Below are positions 57,711 to 64,000 of a stretch of DNA of 64,000 bases, piece after piece (within the stretch, counting starts at the first letter, position 1; every line of letters begins with the position of its first letter). The stretch covers positions 13,549 to 77,548 of the IMG/VR virus record IMGVR_UViG_3300020049_008034, one strand, 5' to 3'. Source of the stretch: a virus (lineage: Duplodnaviria > Caudoviricetes). The position numbers and the translations under genes were made by a program. A model generated the notes under the pieces. It did no database searches, had not been told where the DNA came from, and saw only the letters and a list, made by a program, of their open reading frames with translations.

Positions 57711-59160
57711 TGTTGAATTCTCGGATTAATGAATAAGCCGATTTGATCGACTCGTTGACAACATCGGCTGATTCCCAAATGTCAGCTTCATCCGGGCTCA
57801 TGTGTTTTTTGGTTCGGAAATTGTAAACCGTTCCGCCTTCGTCGAGATCCATTGACCGCAACAGTTTTTTACGCGGCTCGTAGATCGCCTCTCCGAATCT
57901 CTCATACCCTTCTTTGTAAGCTTGTTCGGAGATCTTAAAAAATGAATATGCGCATCCGGGAACTACGCCATTTTTTAAGACGGAAATAGAAGAAATAGCG
58001 CAGTCTTCAATCGAATCCCCGATAAGCCGGTGTTCAGCCTCGGTGTCTCCGCCGATGTAGATGAAACCGACACCCTTTGATAACTTGGAAAGTCTTTCCT
58101 CGATGTCATCTTGGTTTTCGGGTGTGATTTGAGCTTTCAGGTCATCGATCAACTTTTGAATTACCCCGAGATCTTTCATTTTGATCCGAGAGTACCCTTG
58201 TTGCCCTGGGCCAGACTGCGTGAGCTCGATTTCTTCGGCTTCTCCGAGGTCTGCGAGTTCGAGGCTTGTTCCTTTGATCGGGAACAGGAACTTAGTAGAC
58301 TGAGAGAACACTGTCGCCCCAGTTGCTTTTTTGATGTCTTCAAAAGAATACCCATCCTTCCATCCTGCGGCTAGGAAAATCGGAAGCCCTCTGTGTGATT
58401 TGCGAACACCGTTGTGCATCCATTCCCTTGGGGTGAGGTTGTCTAAAACTGCTTTAATAGCGGGTTTGGCGATCTCTGTTCCGAAAATAACAAGTGGGCG
58501 GTCTGTTCCAAGTTCCATGTATTTTTGGATAATCAATCCCATTTGCTGATCTCCCATGATAGCATCGTGAACCAACATAACATATGGGTTCTTGAGAACC
58601 ACGGAGTTGTGCGTATACTCGGCATGTGGGGAACGATTCATGAAGTCCGGAGTGTAAAGACCCCCGTCTGTCACATATCCTTCCTTGATTTCGATTCTCG
58701 TTTTAGAGCCGATGTTCGAAATAGGAACGATGTATGCGTGAGTACCAAGCTCCCAAATTAGATCAGCAACAAGTTTAGACTCTGGTCGACCGTTACCGGA
58801 AATCCCGGCAGCTTGGTAAAATTGTTCTTTAGTAGCCTCTTCACCTTTGACTAAGAATTGATCGATGTCAACATCTTCCCAGTTTTCCAAGAAAGCCCCT
58901 GCCAGGATGGCAGTAGTTGTTGTGCCATCTCCGGCCTTTTTGACTGTGCGGTTACAAGCGTCCGCTAGAAGTCGGGCTCCAGTATCGTCTGGTTTGGCGT
59001 TGATGTACTGCATCAATGTCTTAACGCCGTCTCGTAAGATGACGGGATGTGGGATGCCTTCTTGTTTAGAAAATAGAACATTTCCTCCGTTGGGACCGAA
59101 AGTTGTACCTACGGTGTCTGCTGCGTCCTTGATTTGGACGGCGATGTCAGTTTTTGTCAT
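57691..59160 (-). CDS. groEL: Phage chaperonin GroEL-like (489 aa)
   Basis: TFGPNG, DGVK, GDGTTTT, IEDC and GVVPG motifs. Confidence 0.92.
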   Translation of the reverse strand: MTKTDIAVQIKDAADTVGTTFGPNGGNVLFSKQEGIPHPVILRDGVKTLMQYINAKPDDTGARLLADACNRTVKKAGDGTTTTAILAGAFLENWEDVDIDQFLVKGEEATKEQFYQAAGISGNGRPESKLVADLIWELGTHAYIVPISNIGSKTRIEIKEGYVTDGGLYTPDFMNRSPHAEYTHNSVVLKNPYVMLVHDAIMGDQQMGLIIQKYMELGTDRPLVIFGTEIAKPAIKAVLDNLTPREWMHNGVRKSHRGLPIFLAAGWKDGYSFEDIKKATGATVFSQSTKFLFPIKGTSLELADLGEAEEIELTQSGPGQQGYSRIKMKDLGVIQKLIDDLKAQITPENQDDIEERLSKLSKGVGFIYIGGDTEAEHRLIGDSIEDCAISSISVLKNGVVPGCAYSFFKISEQAYKEGYERFGEAIYEPRKKLLRSMDLDEGGTVYNFRTKKHMSPDEADIWESADVVNESIKSAYSLIREFNNVHRTI

Positions 59161-59932
59161 AAATTACCCATTTGCCGGTTGAAGAAGTAATTTTTAAACC
59201 CCTTGCTACGGCGTTATCGATGTTTTCTAGTTTGTATTTCTTGATTGTTCTCCACAGTTTCTTGTCGTACCGACTATCGGTAGCGTATGGGCTTTTATGA
59301 AACACATAGCACCACTCAGCGGTAGACAACTCTTTCCCTTGGGCATTCTTGATCACCCGGTAGTTAGATAAAATTTTGGCCTTACGTTGCCATCCATGCC
59401 ACTGCGTAGGCATGATTTCGTAATAGTCGTTAGACCCCTCGATTTTATCATACCCACGAATACAAGTTGGTGTTTTCTCTAATTCGAGCCTTGCGTGAAT
59501 TCTCCTTAATCTTTTTGACCCATTACACCGACATTTAATATTACCGCTGTTGTTTGTTTTTTGGGTTAACTTGGATTTCCCGAACCTAGACTCTAATGCG
59601 TCCTGAGCGATTAAGACGGATGGGGGACAGCCGATTAGCTCGGAATATGTTACCGCTCTTTTGATAATTTCTCCGTGAGCCAAGTAGTCTCGGATCATTT
59701 TATCAGAGACTAATTGATCGAGTGATACCGATTCTGTAGCTAATGCCAGTGGAGTTCGGTGAGTCGTAAGCGGTGTATCTACGAGTTTTGGTCTAATTAC
59801 ACTGACTAATGTCTCTTCGTCGCTCTCCTCGAAACAAGCGATAGGCTGTTCGGGAGGAAGGATGGCAGCGTTGCACAACTTGTAGTCTTTTACAGCAGTT
59901 AGTGCGATTAAAATAATAAAAAATCTAAGCAT
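59147..59932 (-). CDS. Glucosaminidase (GH73/FlgJ-like) with N-terminal hydrophobic anchor
   Basis: IAQDALESRFG, NNSGNIK and YATDSRY motifs. Confidence 0.85.
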   Translation of the reverse strand: MLRFFIILIALTAVKDYKLCNAAILPPEQPIACFEESDEETLVSVIRPKLVDTPLTTHRTPLALATESVSLDQLVSDKMIRDYLAHGEIIKRAVTYSELIGCPPSVLIAQDALESRFGKSKLTQKTNNSGNIKCRCNGSKRLRRIHARLELEKTPTCIRGYDKIEGSNDYYEIMPTQWHGWQRKAKILSNYRVIKNAQGKELSTAEWCYVFHKSPYATDSRYDKKLWRTIKKYKLENIDNAVARGLKITSSTGKWVIYDKN

Positions 59933-60408
59933 TCTTTTATTTTTTGGTGAAACTCGGACAGCGAACCGTCGTTGTTAATTTCGTAATCTACGTCCAATTT
60001 GTCCCAGTTGTCGGACTCATGCCCGGTGCGTTGGCAGTCGGGGCGGTTGATTCGAATAATTTTCCCTCCTAGTTTTCGGATGGCTTCGACTTCGTTGTCG
60101 TATCTCACATCCGGGATTACTGATAGGTTATAGTAAAATGCTTTGCCTAGAGCCAAATCAACCCAGAAGTCTTCATTTAAGCTTCGCATGGAAGCCCCTA
60201 CGGTTTCCAAGACCTTGCGTCCAGTAACTCCCGGCCATATTTCCATATCTTTAGTCTCGCGGAGCGTATAGTCGTGACCCGTTAGATCTTGGCATACCTG
60301 TTTCAAGGCGTCAGCGAAGCCTATTTTTTCCGCGAATCTTGTTACTGTGGCGTAGTCGCAGAATGTATCCTTTCCGCTCCCTATTCCACCTGTAATCCCG
60401 AGTACCAT
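59908..60408 (-). CDS. Deoxynucleoside monophosphate kinase
   Basis: GITGGIGSGKDT, FADALK and DVRYDNE motifs. Confidence 0.88.
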   Translation of the reverse strand: MVLGITGGIGSGKDTFCDYATVTRFAEKIGFADALKQVCQDLTGHDYTLRETKDMEIWPGVTGRKVLETVGASMRSLNEDFWVDLALGKAFYYNLSVIPDVRYDNEVEAIRKLGGKIIRINRPDCQRTGHESDNWDKLDVDYEINNDGSLSEFHQKIKECLDFLLF

Positions 60409-61007
60409 TCTAAGATCATATTTGTGTGTGCTGCTGCAATAACTCCTATGTTGTCTAAGATTAATTTGCAGTCAAGTTCACTTGTGAAGAAAAAGTTTTC
60501 ACTAAGGATGGCTGAGCAGTTGGTCCCGTGTAGCTCCCAAAAACGTGTCGGATAAGCACGAGATGGATTTGGGTGAACACCGCGATTCTTTTCGCCCGGG
60601 AATAGAAGCTCCATGTGTTTATTTAGAACCTCAGCTTCTCTTTTAGCTGTAGCGTAAAATACGTGATGCCCACGGGCGTGATTAAAGCTCCCGTCACCAA
60701 CCGCGTCGCTATGAACTCCGATCCATAAATCGCCTTTTAACTTATTCCCGAGCTTAACTCGTTCGTTAAGATATTGTCCGACATTTTCAGAATTAGGGAC
60801 TACGTTGATCACCTCAAGGCCATCCGGGTAGTTGGCAGAGACGATATGTCGAACGATTTCTCGGTTGGTCCACCATTCAGGCAAGACAAACTTTCTTTGC
60901 TTATCCTCCCGCATGATCCGTTCTTTAAGCGGATGATCAAACGGAAGCTCGGGGCTGCGCTTGCCTTTTTGATAGAATCCATGTCCCGGGTTAACTAAAA
61001 CTCTCAT
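60381..61007 (-). CDS. N-acetylmuramoyl-L-alanine amidase (Amidase_3)
   Basis: NPGHG, E..N, GVHSD and LSEN motifs. Confidence 0.85.
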   Translation of the reverse strand: MRVLVNPGHGFYQKGKRSPELPFDHPLKERIMREDKQRKFVLPEWWTNREIVRHIVSANYPDGLEVINVVPNSENVGQYLNERVKLGNKLKGDLWIGVHSDAVGDGSFNHARGHHVFYATAKREAEVLNKHMELLFPGEKNRGVHPNPSRAYPTRFWELHGTNCSAILSENFFFTSELDCKLILDNIGVIAAAHTNMILEWYSGLQVE

Positions 61008-61213
61008 TCTTCACATTTAATATTGCCATAATCATCAAAATTCACTTTACCGCTTAAAGCCATTTGAATTCCAATATGAACGGCGTCAATAACGATTGAT
61101 TCCACCTCTGAATGATAACCGGTATGAAGCGGGATGGCCCCAGTGCATTCAAGCCATTCCTGTAGATTGACAATTGCGTAAGCTTCGGCTCTCTTTACTT
61201 CTCCTTTTGTCAT
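61004..61213 (-). CDS. Hypothetical protein
   Basis: Coupled ORF. Confidence 0.55.
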   Translation of the reverse strand: MTKGEVKRAEAYAIVNLQEWLECTGAIPLHTGYHSEVESIVIDAVHIGIQMALSGKVNFDDYGNIKCEE

Positions 61214-61437
61214 TCCTCCAAAGATTTCATGGTCCTCAAAGCAGCTTGACTGTCTTCGATAATGTCTTTAGCCGACTCCTCGTTTACTACAAAAACCATG
61301 CCTTTTAAAATTCGCCCTTCTTTCGTCTGAGCGACTTTTTTAAAAGTTGTGTTTTTTACGATCCAATCGATGATTCCTGATTCGGCGATCTGGTCATGGA
61401 TTGGTCGGCCTTCGATGTAGGTTAGCTCAAATTTCAT
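61210..61437 (-). CDS. Hypothetical protein
   Basis: Coupled ORF. Confidence 0.55.
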   Translation of the reverse strand: MKFELTYIEGRPIHDQIAESGIIDWIVKNTTFKKVAQTKEGRILKGMVFVVNEESAKDIIEDSQAALRTMKSLEE

Positions 61438-61524
61438 TTGTGTGTTTTAGAAGATAGAGAAACTCTTTATATGTGATTTCCTTTTTCTTCATTATTTTTA
61501 CAATTCTTAGGAATGTTTCAAAGC

Positions 61525-61815
61525 TCATGGTTTTACAATGTTTACCAACACCCGACATGTCATTAAGTCGAGATCGGCGGTTTTGAAATAATTCCTTAAT
61601 TTTTCGTTCAACTCTCGCCTCTCCTGTTCGTCGTACCAAGCACTCGTGTCCTCGATAATGTCCTCAGTCTTGACGAACTCACTCCGATCCTTCTTTGGTC
61701 CTTCGAGATAAACGAAGGACAAGACCTTGCCTCCGGACTTGTCCTTGTACCCGTTCACTCTCATGGGGCAAAGATAATCTTTAATTTCGATATACACAAT
61801 GCTTCCTATTTCCAT
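61525..61815 (-). CDS. Hypothetical protein
   Basis: Coupled ORF. Confidence 0.5.
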   Translation of the reverse strand: MEIGSIVYIEIKDYLCPMRVNGYKDKSGGKVLSFVYLEGPKKDRSEFVKTEDIIEDTSAWYDEQERRELNEKLRNYFKTADLDLMTCRVLVNIVKP

Positions 61816-62078
61816 TTTGTAATTTCTTCAATTGGTGCATCGAGCCACTCGAACCATATCAACGAAACTGTGTAGTCATCGATGTCTACAATAATGTTCC
61901 CTGGTGTAGATTTTGTGTTGACTATGACTTCCATTGGGAATTTTATATTGTCAACAGGGAAAACGTTTTTGGGAAATTTCTTAACTGCATGGGTAGACCA
62001 TCCTAGTAAAATCATTTCTGATAAGTTTGTGCCACTCCTCTCGCCTGCCGGTCTTTTTGGCGCTCTTCTAAGTTCCAT
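61806..62078 (-). CDS. Hypothetical protein
   Basis: ORF in run; start uncertain. Confidence 0.45.
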   Translation of the reverse strand: MELRRAPKRPAGERSGTNLSEMILLGWSTHAVKKFPKNVFPVDNIKFPMEVIVNTKSTPGNIIVDIDDYTVSLIWFEWLDAPIEEITKWK

Positions 62079-62338
62079 AGAGCGGCTTGGAGGTGTTCGA
62101 TGGCGGTTGTTGTGAATTTGTTTTCTAACTCGCCTTGGTTGACTGATTCGAGATGTTCAACTAGAAGCTGGATTAGTGTATCAGTGATGAAGCCCGGATG
62201 AGCCGGGGCATCCTTCGATCCTTTGCAGAACTCAATATCTTTACCTCCTATGTGAACTAAGCCATTTTCAGTGACTTTGTAAACTGGGAGCTCATAAGTG
62301 TGTGAGCTCAACCTTGTTATTGTTTTTGGATTTATCAT
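62012..62338 (-). CDS. Tad1-like anti-defence sponge protein
   Basis: IEFCKG...PGFITDTLI...HL...AIEHLQAALWNLEERQKDRQARGVAQT matches the Tad1 pattern F.EG...NG...L..RL...A..K.EEAL.WL..R..DR..RGV.GT. Confidence 0.65.
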   Translation of the reverse strand: MINPKTITRLSSHTYELPVYKVTENGLVHIGGKDIEFCKGSKDAPAHPGFITDTLIQLLVEHLESVNQGELENKFTTTAIEHLQAALWNLEERQKDRQARGVAQTYQK

Positions 62339-62609
62339 ATTTTATAAACATTGGATCAATTGAACAATATGGTCCGCCGAACCAAGCTACGGGTTGACCG
62401 GATGACAATTCAGCCTGATGAGACAAGATTAACATTCGATACTCGGAGTACGGATCTCTCCGCCACATGACCGGATCGCCAACTTTGAATTGACTATTGA
62501 ATCGGTCAACCAAAGCTTTTCGCTCTTTATTTCGCTTCCTCCAGCAAGCAGCGCGGTGATTAGCTATGCCGAGGCTGTGGAATTCTTTTTGGCAAATTGG
62601 ACAGTTCAT
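62292..62609 (-). CDS. Small protein with N-terminal C2HC zinc finger
   Basis: CPICQKEFHSLGIANHRAAC. Confidence 0.55.
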   Translation of the reverse strand: MNCPICQKEFHSLGIANHRAACWRKRNKERKALVDRFNSQFKVGDPVMWRRDPYSEYRMLILSHQAELSSGQPVAWFGGPYCSIDPMFIKYDKSKNNNKVELTHL

Positions 62610-62893
62610 AACGTAAGTTTATCTATTGCTTTACCAATCTCAACCGGATCAGGAACAGGGAGTTCTTCACCTCGTCTCCAGCGGTTGTATGTTTTCAAAA
62701 GTTCAACCTCAGCCTTGTATTCTTCTTTGGCGAACTCAAGTCCTTTAACGACAGCACCCATGACCATATCGAGATCAGTTCCGTGAAACACCTGCCAGCC
62801 TTCTTTTGAGAAGATAGCTTGGTTGCCCTTAAAATCTTCGGTGAGGCATTTGAGGATTTTCTTCTTGATTAGGTTGCGTTGTTTATTGGTCAT
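62606..62893 (-). CDS. Hypothetical protein
   Basis: Coupled ORF. Confidence 0.55.
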   Translation of the reverse strand: MTNKQRNLIKKKILKCLTEDFKGNQAIFSKEGWQVFHGTDLDMVMGAVVKGLEFAKEEYKAEVELLKTYNRWRRGEELPVPDPVEIGKAIDKLTL

Positions 62894-63450
62894 AGGCTTT
62901 TTAAACGATTTATTACATCCTCACTCGTATGCCCATCGAAATATGGATTTACATCAAACCATGGAACGCCCTCCAGCGCTTCCCAGAATCTCATCGGCAA
63001 GTGGTATGTGATTTGCTTCCCTTCTTCAGGGAAAAGGCCAGCTATAAACCATCCTTCCCATTTTTGACCGTCTGCATTGGCTAACGCTCTCCATGCTTGG
63101 GTTCGGTTGGAATTGATTAGGGCGATAAAAAGCGAGTATCGGTGCTCGTACAATTCTTCGAAAGAATGATAGCCATCTGAGAATTTAGATTTGTCTTTGG
63201 TCTGCAAGATGGCATTCTGGACTCCTTTGAACCAAAACTCGTCTTTGTATCCATCCGGGTAGGCCGCGAAGATTACGTCTTGGATTTGCGGTCCAATGAG
63301 CCCGGATAAGGAGAGCTTATCGGAAAGCTCTTTAGCGATCTCATGTTTGGCGCATGGCCATTTTGCATTAAACTCGCCTACCGTTCCGTCCCATCGACGT
63401 TCAGAAATTTTCTTGCCATCCAAGTAGGCGGTGATGATTTCAACTATCAT
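62890..63450 (-). CDS. WDGH-domain protein (copy 2)
   Basis: SDGYHSFEELYEHR...GWFIAG...QITYHL...FDGHTS. Confidence 0.7.
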   Translation of the reverse strand: MIVEIITAYLDGKKISERRWDGTVGEFNAKWPCAKHEIAKELSDKLSLSGLIGPQIQDVIFAAYPDGYKDEFWFKGVQNAILQTKDKSKFSDGYHSFEELYEHRYSLFIALINSNRTQAWRALANADGQKWEGWFIAGLFPEEGKQITYHLPMRFWEALEGVPWFDVNPYFDGHTSEDVINRLKSL

Positions 63451-64000
63451 ATCTTAACAATTTTAAAACACCCATACTTATTCTTAACGAAATAAACTCC
63501 GTTAGGTAAGTCTGAGATGTTGTTGGTTATAAATCTTCCCGTTAAATCGAATACTTTTCCTTCGATTGGACCGTGAGTTGGGAATTTTGGTCTTTCGGAG
63601 CCCGGATGATCTGTTGAAGTTAGATTGTCTTCGAGATAAGTAATGTAAACCATAAACATTTCATCTTGGCTTCTCGGGCCGTAAGTCACAACTCTGTCGG
63701 TTTCGTATACTGCCGTTGCTTTTAAGACATCTCCTTTGTTTGCGACTACCGGTTCTGTGAACTCGTAAGTCCGCTGCCAGTGAAAGCGCCACTTTTGAAT
63801 TCCTATTAACTTTTTATCACCTAAACTAACGTTAATCGACTTGCCGTATGTGTGCATGTGCGGCAATATAGAGATCATGGTGATGTTTTTCGGTATGACT
63901 GTTTGACTATTTACTGTCGTGAGCCCTGATAAAAATAAGTCTGTTTTATTAATGAACGGTTCAGTCTTTAACTCTCTCCCGCGTCCGAGCTTCATTAAAA
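63447..64000 (-). CDS. Copper type II (PHM-like) monooxygenase C-domain plus T9SS C-terminal sorting domain; 5' truncated by window
   Basis: PHMH, WRFHWQRTY, GP.SQDEM; ends VFDLTGRF...LPNGVYFVK...FKIVKI; frame is open to the window edge. Confidence 0.8.
   Translation of the reverse strand, partial: LMKLGRGRELKTEPFINKTDLFLSGLTTVNSQTVIPKNITMISILPHMHTYGKSINVSLGDKKLIGIQKWRFHWQRTYEFTEPVVANKGDVLKATAVYETDRVVTYGPRSQDEMFMVYITYLEDNLTSTDHPGSERPKFPTHGPIEGKVFDLTGRFITNNISDLPNGVYFVKNKYGCFKIVKI

Larger units (their letters stand above)
265..63608. repeat. Dispersed octamer CCCGGATG / CATCCGGG, at least 55 copies
   Basis: Manual count, e.g. 265, 737, 2803, 4253, 7453, 8491, 10449, 12568, 17300, 20141, 30373, 38961, 43290, 47262, 55921, 57789, 60821, 63601. 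Confidence 0.95.

Noticed and set aside
4157-62786. Numerous antisense or nested ORFs in the track (e.g. 4157..4783, 23616..24179, 28293..28832, 41236..41880)
   Set aside because: They lie opposite well-supported genes and have no recognisable motifs; treated as shadow ORFs.
1-64000. Stop-codon reassignment as in some crAss-like phages
   Set aside because: Standard code gives long, tightly coupled ORFs; TAG, TGA and TAA all end genes; no suppressor tRNA seen.

Overview
A 64-kb segment of a Bacteroidota-infecting tailed phage with a crAss-like, podovirus-type virion module. Host assignment rests on TTTG-N19/20-TAnnTTTG promoters, signal peptides with Gln at +1, and a T9SS C-terminal domain. 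The + strand arm (1-12.9 kb) holds a tRNA/ncRNA cluster, an antirepressor, a DnaB-like helicase, DnaG primase, a tyrosine recombinase, an HNH protein and a RusA-like protein. The - strand arm (12.8-64 kb) holds an SF2 helicase, SSB-like and exonuclease genes, ejection proteins (one 1972 aa with a ParB-like domain), a solo TnpB, muzzle and ring proteins, major capsid protein, portal, terminase, a LAGLIDADG endonuclease, four tandem signal-peptide-bearing proteins (three fibre-like), GroEL/GroES, two lysins, a Tad1-like sponge and a T9SS-tagged copper monooxygenase. The most striking unexplained signal is the octamer CCCGGATG (mostly CCCGGATGR). I counted 55 copies by eye, against roughly 1 expected. 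It sits inside genes in all three frames and both orientations, and forms inverted pairs that bracket structured RNAs in the tRNA cluster. All protein calls come from motif recognition only; no searches were run.
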